Below, in pieces: positions 20,139 through 29,318 of a stretch of 64,000 nt of DNA (position 1 is the first letter of the stretch; each line of letters opens with the position of its first letter). Made by a program: the position numbers and the translations under genes. Under the pieces are notes generated by a model. The model did no database searches and had not been told where the DNA came from. It saw nothing but the letters and a program-made list of their open reading frames with translations. The stretch comes from an uncultured bacterium (GTDB taxonomy: Bacteria; Bipolaricaulota; Bipolaricaulia; UBA7950; UBA9294), in NCBI GenBank assembly GCA_903857865.1, contig CAIOGO010000020.1, forward strand, positions 43,064-107,063. Reading direction: 5' to 3'.

Positions 20139-21146
20139 ATGAGCGACCTGACGGATCTCGGGAAGAGAATTGCAGACCTGAACGGGGAGATGGCGCGCGG
20201 GCTTGCTGAGGCGAGCGATGTCCAGACGCTGGAGCGCTTTCGCGTCGAGTATCTGGGGCGCAAGGGACGCATCGCGCAACTCTTCAGGGTGCTCGCGGAG
20301 GTTGCGCCCGACGACAAACGGGAAGCCGGCCGTCTGCTCAACGAGTTGAAGGACGGAGCGACGAGCGCGTTCGAGGAGCGCGCTGCGCGCTTGACGTCGA
20401 GCGAACTTCAAGAGCGGCTGTTGCGGGAGAGCGTCGACGTGACCTTGCCCGGAGTCTGTCGGCCGTTCGGCCACCTCCACCCTCTGACTCAGGTGCAGCG
20501 CGAGATCGAGTCGATCTTCATGCGAATGGGCTTCGACGTGGCGACCGGACCGGAGATCGAGACCGAGTACTACAACTTCGAGGCCCTCAACATCCCGGCT
20601 GACCACCCGGCGCGCGCCGACTGGGATACGTTCTACATCAGCGACACGACGCTCCTCCGCCCCCACACGTCGCCGGTGCAGATCCACGTCATGGAGTCGA
20701 CTCCGCCTCCCGTGCGGATCATTTGCCCGGGACGCTGCTATCGCCGGGATGCTCAGGATGCGACGCACTCGCCTGTCTTCCACCAGATCGAACTCCTGTG
20801 GGTCGAGGAGGGGTTGTCACTCGCCAACCTCAAATACGTCCTCGAGCTGTTCACGCGGGAGTTCTTCGGTGAGGGCTACTTGATGCGGTTCTCGGGCGAC
20901 TTCTTCCCCTTTACCGAGCCCTCCGTCCAAGTCCACATCAAAGCACCCGGCGCAGCCGGATGGATGGAGATCATGGGGGCGGGTATGGTCGATCCCGCAG
21001 TCCTCACCGCGGTGGGCTACGACCCGGAGTGTGTGAGCGGCTTCGCCTTCGGCCTCGGCATCGAACGCATGGCCATGCTGAAGTACGGGATCGACGACAT
21101 CCGGGCCTTCCTGACGAACGACCTCCGCTTCATTCGCCAGTTCTAG
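20139..21146 (+). CDS. pheS: Phenylalanine--tRNA ligase alpha subunit (bacterial type)
   Basis: N-terminus MSDLTDL...RVEYLGRKG, class II motifs FRPHTSPVQ and GFAFGLGIERMAMLKYGI; no pheT downstream in this window. Confidence 0.9.
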   Translation: MSDLTDLGKRIADLNGEMARGLAEASDVQTLERFRVEYLGRKGRIAQLFRVLAEVAPDDKREAGRLLNELKDGATSAFEERAARLTSSELQERLLRESVDVTLPGVCRPFGHLHPLTQVQREIESIFMRMGFDVATGPEIETEYYNFEALNIPADHPARADWDTFYISDTTLLRPHTSPVQIHVMESTPPPVRIICPGRCYRRDAQDATHSPVFHQIELLWVEEGLSLANLKYVLELFTREFFGEGYLMRFSGDFFPFTEPSVQVHIKAPGAAGWMEIMGAGMVDPAVLTAVGYDPECVSGFAFGLGIERMAMLKYGIDDIRAFLTNDLRFIRQF

Positions 21147-21185
21147 GGGGCGTCAGCCCCAGGCCGCGGCCTGCCGCGTTCCTCT

Positions 21186-22421
21186 TCAGTTCTTCACAAA
21201 GGCCAGAACTGCGTTCTGTCCGCCGAATCCGAACGAGTTGGAGAGCGCGACGCGGATCGGAAGCGCGGTCGGGACCGGCGTGTAGTCGAGATCGCAGTTG
21301 GGATCGGGGGTCTCGTAGTTCCTCGTGGCGGGGATGAATCCGTTCTCCATGGAGAGGAGCGTCGCGATCGCCTCGACGCCCCCCGCCGCCCCGAGCAGGT
21401 GCCCGATTTGGGACTTGGTCGAGCTGATCTTCGTCCGCGCCGCGGCCGCCCCAAACGCCCGCTTGATGGCCACGGTCTCAATCCGATCGTTCGGCTCGGT
21501 CGACGTCCCGTGCGCGTTGATGTAGTCAACGTCCGACGGGGAGACGTCGGCCTGCCGGAGCGCAAGCTCGATCGCGCGGCGCGCACCGTCGCCGTCCTCG
21601 GCGGGCGACGTGATGTGGAACGCGTCGGAGGTCATGCCGAACCCGGCAAGCTCGGCGTAGATCCTGGCGCCTCGGGCGACGGCCCGATCGTAGTCCTCCA
21701 GCACGACGAACCCCGCGCCTTCGCCCATCACGAACCCGTCGCGGTCCAGATCAAACGGACGGGACGCGCGCTCCGGCTCGTCGTTGCGCTTGGAGACCGC
21801 ACCGATGCGCGCGAAGCCGGCGAACGTGATCCGCAGCAGAACCGCCTCGGCTCCGCCCGCCAGCGCAGCATCCGCGATCCCGGACGATACGAGGTGCGCA
21901 GCCAATCCGATGGCGTGAGCGCCGCTCGCACAGGCAGAGACGATGCCGAAGCTTGCGCCCCGAAAGCCGTGCCGAATCGAGATCTCGCCCGCGAGGGCGT
22001 TCGGCATGAGGCTCGTCACGAAGAAGGGGCTGACGCGCCGCGGCCCACGGTCGAGCATCTCGCGGAAGTTGATCTCGAAGGTTTCCATCCCCCCGATCCC
22101 CGTTCCAGAGATCACGGCGATCCGGTCGGGATCGTAGTCGGCGGCAGCGAAGCGCGCGTCCTCGAGCGCCAAGGACGAGGCGGCGAGCGCGAACTGCGTG
22201 GAGCGGTCGATGCGGCGCGCGTGCTTCGCGTCGACGTAGACCAAGGGATCGAAGTCGCGCACCGGGGCTCCGATCTTCACATCGATGCCGTCGAGGTCAA
22301 CCAAGTCGTCGACACGACAGACGCCACTGCGGCCCGAGCGCAGGCCGTCCCAGAACGCGCTCTTCCCAATCCCGATCGGCGTGACCGGCCCGAGCCCGGT
22401 GACCGCCACGCGTCTAGTCAT
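21186..22421 (-). CDS. fabF: 3-oxoacyl-[ACP] synthase II
   Basis: KAS fold with active-site SACASGAHAIG, HGTST, GHLLGAAG, SFGFGGQNA. Confidence 0.9.
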   Translation of the reverse strand: MTRRVAVTGLGPVTPIGIGKSAFWDGLRSGRSGVCRVDDLVDLDGIDVKIGAPVRDFDPLVYVDAKHARRIDRSTQFALAASSLALEDARFAAADYDPDRIAVISGTGIGGMETFEINFREMLDRGPRRVSPFFVTSLMPNALAGEISIRHGFRGASFGIVSACASGAHAIGLAAHLVSSGIADAALAGGAEAVLLRITFAGFARIGAVSKRNDEPERASRPFDLDRDGFVMGEGAGFVVLEDYDRAVARGARIYAELAGFGMTSDAFHITSPAEDGDGARRAIELALRQADVSPSDVDYINAHGTSTEPNDRIETVAIKRAFGAAAARTKISSTKSQIGHLLGAAGGVEAIATLLSMENGFIPATRNYETPDPNCDLDYTPVPTALPIRVALSNSFGFGGQNAVLAFVKN

Positions 22422-22785
22422 GGCTTCCCGCCACCTTCTCGAGCAGCCTCAGACGGGCCCGCGCCGCCTCTCGCTCCGCGTCCGAGCCCACGGCGCCCGT
22501 AGCGCGGCGCCGAGCGGCCGCGAGATCGATCTCCTCGCGCGGCACGATCTCGGAGCCAAGAATGACGATCCGGTCGCCCTCTACCGCCAAGGTTCCCCCG
22601 AAACAGGCGAACTGCCTCTCCCCCGATGCCGTCTGGATTCGAACCGGACCCGCCGCGAGTTCAGCCAACAGCGGGGCATGATGCGGCAAGACCGCGAACT
22701 CCCCTCTCGGACTGCGCGCCGTCACCGAGGTGGTCTCCCCTTCGAAGAACGTCCGGTCCGGCGAGCGAAGCTGACAATGCAGCAT
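22414..22785 (-). CDS. atpC: F-type ATP synthase epsilon-subunit-like protein (orphan copy)
   Basis: Pattern GEFAVLPHHAPLLAEL...GPVRI...GGTLAV and Ala/Arg-rich C-terminal helix matches AtpC; start taken at MLHCQL; no other atp genes adjacent. Confidence 0.65.
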   Translation of the reverse strand: MLHCQLRSPDRTFFEGETTSVTARSPRGEFAVLPHHAPLLAELAAGPVRIQTASGERQFACFGGTLAVEGDRIVILGSEIVPREEIDLAAARRRATGAVGSDAEREAARARLRLLEKVAGSHD

Positions 22786-22798
22786 GGCACCCCCTTCG

Positions 22799-23485
22799 TC
22801 ACGCAGCGGACGTGGACTCGTCAAGTCCGGACAAGATGTCCGCCGTCCGACTCGCCCCGATGCGCGACGCGCCCGCCTGGATCATGGCAATGGCCGTCGC
22901 CGTGTCGCGGATCCCGCCGGCAGCTTTCACGCCCACCTTGGGACCCACGACGCGCCGCAACAGAGCCACATCGGCCGTCGTCGCTCCCGCAGATCCAAAT
23001 CCCGTCGAGGTCTTGACGTAGTCGGCTCCGGCCTGCACCGCCAGCTCTGCGCCCTTCCTCTTCTCATCATCGGTCAAGAAGCAGGTTTCGAGGATGACCT
23101 TGACCACCACTGGACGTCCGGCCCGCCGCGCCACGACGCAGACCGCAGCCACGTCCGCACGGACCGCCTCGAAGTCGCCCTCCTTCAGAGCCCCGACGGG
23201 AATCACCATGTCGATCTCATCGGCCCCACAGGTCACCGCTTGCTGTGCCTCGAACGCCTTCACTGCGGCCGTCGTCATCCCCTGAGGGAAGCCGACGACG
23301 ACGCACAGCTTGACAGGGCTCCCGACCAGCCGTTCGCGGGCAAGGCCGGCATGCCGGAGGTCGACGCACACGGCGGTCACACCCAGCTGTACGGCTTCCG
23401 CGCACAATCGCTCGACGCCGTCACACGTCGCCGTCGGGCCGAGGAGCGTGTGGTCGATGTACGATGCAAGTTCGGATCTCTTCAT
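22799..23485 (-). CDS. deoC: Deoxyribose-phosphate aldolase
   Basis: DeoC-like LASYIDHTLL, active-site region YVKTSTGF, GVKAAGGIR; RBS GGGGGAGGA before ATG at 23485. Confidence 0.85.
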   Translation of the reverse strand: MKRSELASYIDHTLLGPTATCDGVERLCAEAVQLGVTAVCVDLRHAGLARERLVGSPVKLCVVVGFPQGMTTAAVKAFEAQQAVTCGADEIDMVIPVGALKEGDFEAVRADVAAVCVVARRAGRPVVVKVILETCFLTDDEKRKGAELAVQAGADYVKTSTGFGSAGATTADVALLRRVVGPKVGVKAAGGIRDTATAIAMIQAGASRIGASRTADILSGLDESTSAA

Positions 23486-23507
23486 CAAGCCGTCCTCCCC
23501 CTTCCGC

Positions 23508-24368
23508 CTAGCCGTGGCCAAGCGCCGCCCCTCGATCCACTTTCTCGAGGAGTTGAAAGCTTCGCCCTCCCTCGTGGACAAGGCCCACGAGAAGATACCC
23601 GGTCCCGAGCAGCTGTTCGAACACCTCGCGAGTCCCGGCACGCCATCGCCTGGCTTCGGCTGGATTCTCGTCGCGAAGGAGGTCGACATCGACGGGGATC
23701 TCAACGAGCACCTTCGCGAAACCCGGCTCGAGCTTGACGTCGACGAGAAAACGATGGCCGGAGGAGGTCGCCGTCGTGCGGGTCGCGACAGCCATCTCGT
23801 GGAGCCTCACTCGTGCGTGAGACGCGGGTCGGCCCTCCTCGAGAAGGGCCAGCGTTCGCGGAGAACGCAGCCACCACTCCACATCCACGCGATCGGTGGC
23901 CAGGCCGCGATTCGCACTGTCGGATAACTCTCCGAAGACGTTGCGCTCGTAGGTCGTTCCAATGGCACCGGCTTTGTTCCAGAGGAGGTGAGACTCTTGG
24001 CTGCGGAGCGGATCGACCCACGCGCGGACGACGTCGATCCCCTCTTCCTGTGCGAACCGGCGTTCAGCCTCCCGCAGAGAAGAGCCGACTCCCCGGTTCC
24101 TCGCCTCGGGCGATACGCCGAAGACGTGCGAGAAGAGCGCTCCGAACCCCTCCCACGTCGACGAGAGATCCACAATGGCCCCAGCGAGTTCGCGCGTCGC
24201 TGTCCCGGACCTGACACCCAGGAGGAGTCCTCCGCTCTCCGCGACAGCCCGCAACGAGGGGACCGAAAGGACCGACGCGGAGGCACGATCTCCGAACAGG
24301 CGACGCTGTAGGCGCTCGCACGCCGCGAGGTCGTCTAGCGTCCGCAGGCGCTCAACGGCGATAGTCAT
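23508..24368 (-). CDS. Hypothetical protein (possible acyl-CoA N-acyltransferase fold)
   Basis: Coding-like codon bias; RNRGVGSSL resembles a GNAT CoA-binding loop; no firm family assignment. Confidence 0.5.
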   Translation of the reverse strand: MTIAVERLRTLDDLAACERLQRRLFGDRASASVLSVPSLRAVAESGGLLLGVRSGTATRELAGAIVDLSSTWEGFGALFSHVFGVSPEARNRGVGSSLREAERRFAQEEGIDVVRAWVDPLRSQESHLLWNKAGAIGTTYERNVFGELSDSANRGLATDRVDVEWWLRSPRTLALLEEGRPASHARVRLHEMAVATRTTATSSGHRFLVDVKLEPGFAKVLVEIPVDVDLLRDENPAEARRWRAGTREVFEQLLGTGYLLVGLVHEGGRSFQLLEKVDRGAALGHG

Positions 24369-27111
24369 CGGGTTGCTCGACGTGACGGCCTCGCTTGTCC
24401 GCGTATAGACGCCGGTCGGCCTCTTCGAGGATCGCTTCCAGAGAGCGTTTTTCTCGCGGCTGGCGGGTGTAGATCCCGATGCTCAGGCCGAGGGGGATCT
24501 CGCCGACGCCCGTCCGGCGAGGCAGATGCGTCATCTGCTCTCGTAGCCGAGAGGCAACGAGCGCGGCTTCGCTCTCCCCGGTTTCCGGCATGAAAATGAG
24601 GAACTCGTCGCCGCCGTAACGGATGACCCCATCAGATGCACGAACCTGGTCGAGGAGGACGCGCGACATCTCCTGGAGAACCTCGTCGCCCTTGAGGTGG
24701 CCGAAGCGGTTGTTCACGGCGCGGAAGTTGTCGACATCGATCATCATGACAGTGAACGGACGCGCGTAGCGATCGCTTCTCGAAAGCTCGGGAGCAATGA
24801 TCGAGTTGAAGTAGTGGCGATTGAACAGGCCGGTCAGCGGATCGCGGACCGCCTGTTCGCGCAGCGACTGCTGCGACGAGAGGTTGGCGAGCGCCGTGGC
24901 GAGATGGTTCGCAATCACCTCGAGGAGGACCCGATCCTCGTCGTCAAAGAAGCTCGGCTGAGGGCTCTCGATGTTGAGCACGCCGACAAGCTGGGCGGCG
25001 AACAGCAAGGGTACAGCGATCTCGGAACGCGTGCCCGGGAGGGCCTCGAAGTAGCGCGGATCCGAGCTGACGTCGTTGACCAGGGCGAATCGTCGGTTGC
25101 GTGCGACCCACGAGACGATGCCCTTTTCAGCCGGAAGCGTCCAGCCTGTCCCTACACCACGCTCGGGGTACGGGCCGCGCAAGCCGGCGACCGAGAGTCG
25201 ACCGTCCTTCCCGTGCAGAAAGACGGACGCGAGAGGGTAGTTGAACGGCTCAGCGAGGAAATCGAGCGCGCTCGCGACAATCTGATCGACGCTCGTTGCC
25301 TCAGAGACCCGCTGCCCCAGAGCGTAGATGCGCGAGAACGCCTCACGCCGTTCGAGCGCCGACAGGGCGATCGAGAGCTGGCTCGCAACGGAGGAGAGAA
25401 CCGCGAGATCCTGCTCGCCGAACGCGGCGAGGCGCTCGGACTCGACGTCAAGGACTCCGCGGACCCCCTTACGACCGCGGATGGGGATTGCGGCCACGGA
25501 TCGAATGGACGCGCGGGACCCGCGGTAGCGCGGGTCCGACGAGACGTCGTCGACCACGACGGGCTCAAGGTAGCGGACGACCCATCGCGTCAGCCCTTCA
25601 CCCTCCACCGGCCCTCGCGAGCCCCGCGCTGGCATCTCATCGCGGTGGAACGCCTTGCTGGCCGTGGCGCCCCCCAGGACAAGCGAGTCGCCCTCTCGCA
25701 GCCAGACGGCGGAGTAGTCGTAGCCCATGTCGTCGCAGACCCGGAGGGTAGCGGCATCGCACAGTTCCGTTGCCAACCGGATGTGTGCGATCTGGTCGCC
25801 AAAACGCGACAGGCCGTGGAGTCGCTCGTTCTGGACACGCAACTGGTTCAGCTTGTACACCCGCTCGACGGCGAGGGCCGCGAAGCTCGCCAGGTGCGCA
25901 ATCGGCTCGATCGACGCCAACGTGGGCGCGTTCTGGTCTATCGGATCGTCGACCGAGATGCAGCCGACGATGCCCGCCGTCCCGCGCAGAGGGATGAAGA
26001 GGAAGTCATCGACGTGCCATCCTTCCATCGACACCGTCCCGATGATCCCCAAGTTCTGCTCCCATGGGACTCGGTCGTGAGGTATGTAGTAGGCGGGACC
26101 CAGCCGGAACTCGTCCGAGAACGCCTTGCGCCGGTTGGCCGGCGAGAAGTGGCCTTGCTCGAGGAGCGTCCGCCGATCCTCTGGCGACAGCCCCGAGCAG
26201 AGCGTCTTGGCGACCTCGCCATCGATCGGAGAGGGAGCCAAGAGGTCGTAGAGGCTGAGTACGGCTCTACGGAAGCCGCTGTACTCCGTGATCGTGTCGA
26301 GCACGAGTTGGAGGATCCGATCGACATCTTGCTCGCCGAGAATGACCTCGCCGAGCTCGAGAACTACGCGGTGGAGACGGGCGAGCCGCACCTCCGTGGT
26401 CACATCCCGCGCTGTCCCCTCGACGCGTACGCCGCAGCTCGTTTCCATACGCTTCGAGACGATCTCCACGGCGCGCTCTTCTCCGTCCCTAGCGATGAAG
26501 TGGTACGCGCTGGCCTCGCTCGCCGTAGCGCCCTGGAACCTCTCGGAGAGCGCCTCGAGGAGCCTCCGCGCGTCCTGCGGAGCCACGAGATCCTTGACGC
26601 TCATCCCGAGGAGTTCGTCCGCCGAGTACTTCAACGCACTGACCACGTACTCATTGGCGTATGTGAGCCTCTCGCCCTCGACCTCGAACACGCCGATGGG
26701 AGCTTGGTCCATCAGCTGCCGAAACCGCTCGTAGTCCGCATTCCGGGTCCGGCGCTCGCAGGCGCACTGAACCGCAGCGCGCACCGACGACAGCAACGCA
26801 GCTTCGCCGACAGGGAACGGGATCCAGCTTGCGGCTCCGCACCCGTAGGGGGAAACCGCATCGGTCGCGGGGTCCGCCCCATCGATCAGCCCAAGCACAT
26901 CCGCTGCGCCTGACGACAAGCCGACGACATCCCCGAGAGAGTCCATGGCGCTCACGAGGCAGATGACAAGGTCGAACGTCCCAGCACCCTCTCGCCGCCC
27001 GCCCTCCGATGTCTCGACCCTGTACCCAGCTCTCGCCAGACTCCGGGCAAGATCGTTCACTCGTTCGGCATCCCGCCCGACAAGAAGCAGAGATCCTGTA
27101 CATGCCGTCAT
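24352..27111 (-). CDS. Multidomain signalling protein: receiver-like domain, PAS, GAF domains and GGDEF diguanylate cyclase
   Basis: C-terminal GGDEF (RYGGDEFLIF) preceded by GAF/PAS-like segments; N-terminal receiver-like fold with apparent substitutions at usual Asp positions. Confidence 0.8.
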   Translation of the reverse strand: MTACTGSLLLVGRDAERVNDLARSLARAGYRVETSEGGRREGAGTFDLVICLVSAMDSLGDVVGLSSGAADVLGLIDGADPATDAVSPYGCGAASWIPFPVGEAALLSSVRAAVQCACERRTRNADYERFRQLMDQAPIGVFEVEGERLTYANEYVVSALKYSADELLGMSVKDLVAPQDARRLLEALSERFQGATASEASAYHFIARDGEERAVEIVSKRMETSCGVRVEGTARDVTTEVRLARLHRVVLELGEVILGEQDVDRILQLVLDTITEYSGFRRAVLSLYDLLAPSPIDGEVAKTLCSGLSPEDRRTLLEQGHFSPANRRKAFSDEFRLGPAYYIPHDRVPWEQNLGIIGTVSMEGWHVDDFLFIPLRGTAGIVGCISVDDPIDQNAPTLASIEPIAHLASFAALAVERVYKLNQLRVQNERLHGLSRFGDQIAHIRLATELCDAATLRVCDDMGYDYSAVWLREGDSLVLGGATASKAFHRDEMPARGSRGPVEGEGLTRWVVRYLEPVVVDDVSSDPRYRGSRASIRSVAAIPIRGRKGVRGVLDVESERLAAFGEQDLAVLSSVASQLSIALSALERREAFSRIYALGQRVSEATSVDQIVASALDFLAEPFNYPLASVFLHGKDGRLSVAGLRGPYPERGVGTGWTLPAEKGIVSWVARNRRFALVNDVSSDPRYFEALPGTRSEIAVPLLFAAQLVGVLNIESPQPSFFDDEDRVLLEVIANHLATALANLSSQQSLREQAVRDPLTGLFNRHYFNSIIAPELSRSDRYARPFTVMMIDVDNFRAVNNRFGHLKGDEVLQEMSRVLLDQVRASDGVIRYGGDEFLIFMPETGESEAALVASRLREQMTHLPRRTGVGEIPLGLSIGIYTRQPREKRSLEAILEEADRRLYADKRGRHVEQPDDYRR

Positions 27112-27114
27112 CGT

Positions 27115-28017
27115 CTACGCCGCTCCTGTCAGTTCGCGTATCTCCGCATCGCTTCTCGTCCATCCATGGCGCACGGCGACCACGATCTGCAGGAACACGT
27201 GCCTCCGCAGGAGTCGCTCGATATCCCTTCGAGCCCTGGCTCCGATCGACCGGACGCGACTCGCGCCCCGGCCGATGAGGATGCCTTTCTGGGAATCCCG
27301 ATCGACGATGATCTCGGCCTGGATCTCCACCAGGCCATCCTCGCGCTCACGCAGCCACTTCACGTGGACAGCGAGTGAATAGGGGATCTCCTCGTATGTG
27401 ACTTCCATGACCTTCTCGCGAATGATCTCCTCGATCTGGAAGCTCTCCGTGCGATCACAGCGAGTCTCCGCCGGGTAAAGCGGAGGGGACTCCGGCAGAT
27501 GCGCGACAATCGTCGCCACGGCCTCGTCGAGGCCCTGCCCGGTCACTGCGGACATCGGGATGAGTTCGGTGACGACCTCCAACTCCGCGTACGCGAGCAA
27601 CGTCTCCTCGAGATCGCCGCCGCGAGCCCGGTCGATCTTGTTGACCAACACGAGAACGGGACGCTCGTCTCTCGTCAGCCGCGCAAGCGCGGCGCGATCG
27701 ACTTCGTGCACCGTGCGCCACGGCTCGACCATGTACACAACTACATCAACGTCTCGCATGCTGCGGGACGCCTCGCGCATCAGGTGACGACCCAGGCGGT
27801 TCCGCGGACGATGAAGCCCCGGCGTGTCCACGAAGACGATCTGGGACGCGTCGGTCGTCCGGACGCAACGGATGCTGTTGCGCGTCGACTGGGGCCTTGC
27901 GGACGTGATGAGGAGCTTCTCCCCCATCACGGCGTTGAGGAACGTCGATTTCCCCACGTTGGTCTGCCCCAGAACCCCGACGAAACCGCAACGGAACAAT
28001 CGCGCCTCGTTTCCCAT
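27115..28017 (-). CDS. era: GTPase Era
   Basis: G1 GQTNVGKST, G3 DTPG, G4 NKID, C-terminal KH domain. Confidence 0.9.
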   Translation of the reverse strand: MGNEARLFRCGFVGVLGQTNVGKSTFLNAVMGEKLLITSARPQSTRNSIRCVRTTDASQIVFVDTPGLHRPRNRLGRHLMREASRSMRDVDVVVYMVEPWRTVHEVDRAALARLTRDERPVLVLVNKIDRARGGDLEETLLAYAELEVVTELIPMSAVTGQGLDEAVATIVAHLPESPPLYPAETRCDRTESFQIEEIIREKVMEVTYEEIPYSLAVHVKWLREREDGLVEIQAEIIVDRDSQKGILIGRGASRVRSIGARARRDIERLLRRHVFLQIVVAVRHGWTRSDAEIRELTGAA

Positions 28018-28105
28018 ACCTTCGCCTCAAATAGACGACCCCGCCGCACATCCCCTCGTGCCTCCTGGGGTCGACGAACCTCAAGTATACGCGGCCAGGA
28101 CTGCA

Positions 28106-28134
28106 TTGTAAAGCGCACGCGCTCGGCCTATACT
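28106..28134 (+). promoter_or_regulatory. Promoter TTGTAA-17 nt-TATACT heading the amidohydrolase-ispE-cmk-plsC-rpsA operon, divergent from era
   Basis: Hexamers read directly; -10 ends 14 nt before the ATG at 28149 with no Shine-Dalgarno. Confidence 0.45.
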
Positions 28135-28148
28135 CACCGCCGATCCCG

Positions 28149-29318
28149 ATGATCACGCTCGTGACGAACATCCGCCAACTGGTGACCCCGCGTGGGACCG
28201 AGCCTGCCGCCGGAGCGGCGATGAGCGAAGTCCAGGTCCAGACGGGCGTGACCCTTGTGATTCGCGACGACCGAATCGTGGCCGTGGAGCCCACCGGAGC
28301 CACCCTCAAGGGAGATCACGTGATCGACGCGAGGGGAGGCGTCGTCGTCCCCGGCCTCGTCGACGCTTGTTTGACGGCGCAGTCGAGCGGTGTGCGCGGC
28401 GAGGTCGCGACTCATGTCCTTCCCGGAGCGTCGGAGTCCCAGGAGGAGCGAGACCTCAGGCAGCTGCGCGTCGGAATGGAGACTCTCCTACGGCACGGGA
28501 CGACGAGCTCGGAGATTCGGGCCGAGGCTCGCGATGGAGATGCCGCCCTCGAGAGGATTCTTGCCGGTATCCAACAGCTCGTCCGGTGCGTCCCGTTGCG
28601 GCTGTCGGCGGCGTTCCTCGGTGCGCCGCAAGTCGGCATGGGATCGGAGCGTTCGGACCGCATCACGAAGCTGATTGGCGAGACCATTCCCACGGTGAGT
28701 CGCCGCCACTTGGCGTCGACGTGCGTCCTCCTCTGCGGCGAGGGCGGGTTCGGCCGGAAGGAGGGACGAGCTGTGCTTCGCGCTGCGCGCGGCGCGGGCC
28801 TGACGCTCAAGATTCAGGCTGCGGGCGCCGACGCAGACGCCATCCTCTTGGCCTTCGAGCTCGAGGCGGCGTCCGTCGACCACTTGGCGAGCTCCGCCCC
28901 GGATGCGAAACAGCTCTCGTTGCTCAAGAAGGCAGGCACGATCCCCGTTCTCCTTCCCGCGGAGCCTGTCGCGCGGGAAGGCTCGTGGGGGACCGCAAGG
29001 CCGTTCGTCGACGCTGGACTCGCCGTCGCGCTCGGCTCGTCGGCCGATCTAGGCTCCGGAGGGGTCTTCTCGATGTGGACGGGGGTGGCGCTCGCGGTAC
29101 GAAAACTCGGCCTCTCCCTGGCCGAGGCCATCACCGCGGCCACGCTCAATGCGGCGGCCGCGATCGGATCGAGCCACCAGGTCGGCACTCTCGAGCCAGG
29201 CAAGTTCGCGGACCTCGTCATTCTGAACGTCGACGACTATCGCGCGATCCCCAGCTTCATCGTTGGCCTTCCTATTCGAGCCGTCATCGTCGGAGGAACG
29301 GAGCTATTCCTACCATGA
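28149..29318 (+). CDS. Amidohydrolase-superfamily protein (imidazolonepropionase-like) lacking the canonical HxH metal motif
   Basis: PGLVDACLTAQ where the family normally has the two-His motif after PGxVD; later conserved segments partly retained. Confidence 0.7.
   Translation: MITLVTNIRQLVTPRGTEPAAGAAMSEVQVQTGVTLVIRDDRIVAVEPTGATLKGDHVIDARGGVVVPGLVDACLTAQSSGVRGEVATHVLPGASESQEERDLRQLRVGMETLLRHGTTSSEIRAEARDGDAALERILAGIQQLVRCVPLRLSAAFLGAPQVGMGSERSDRITKLIGETIPTVSRRHLASTCVLLCGEGGFGRKEGRAVLRAARGAGLTLKIQAAGADADAILLAFELEAASVDHLASSAPDAKQLSLLKKAGTIPVLLPAEPVAREGSWGTARPFVDAGLAVALGSSADLGSGGVFSMWTGVALAVRKLGLSLAEAITAATLNAAAAIGSSHQVGTLEPGKFADLVILNVDDYRAIPSFIVGLPIRAVIVGGTELFLP

Noticed and set aside
20022-20783. 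N-terminal 254 codons of track ORF 18918..20783
   Set aside because: Runs antisense across the pheS promoter and 5' end; the peptidase domain begins at the GTG with a strong RBS at 20021.
24697-26913. 738-aa ORF on the plus strand
   Set aside because: Antisense shadow of the GGDEF signalling gene; Arg/Ala-rich low-complexity translation typical of out-of-frame high-G+C DNA, no motifs.
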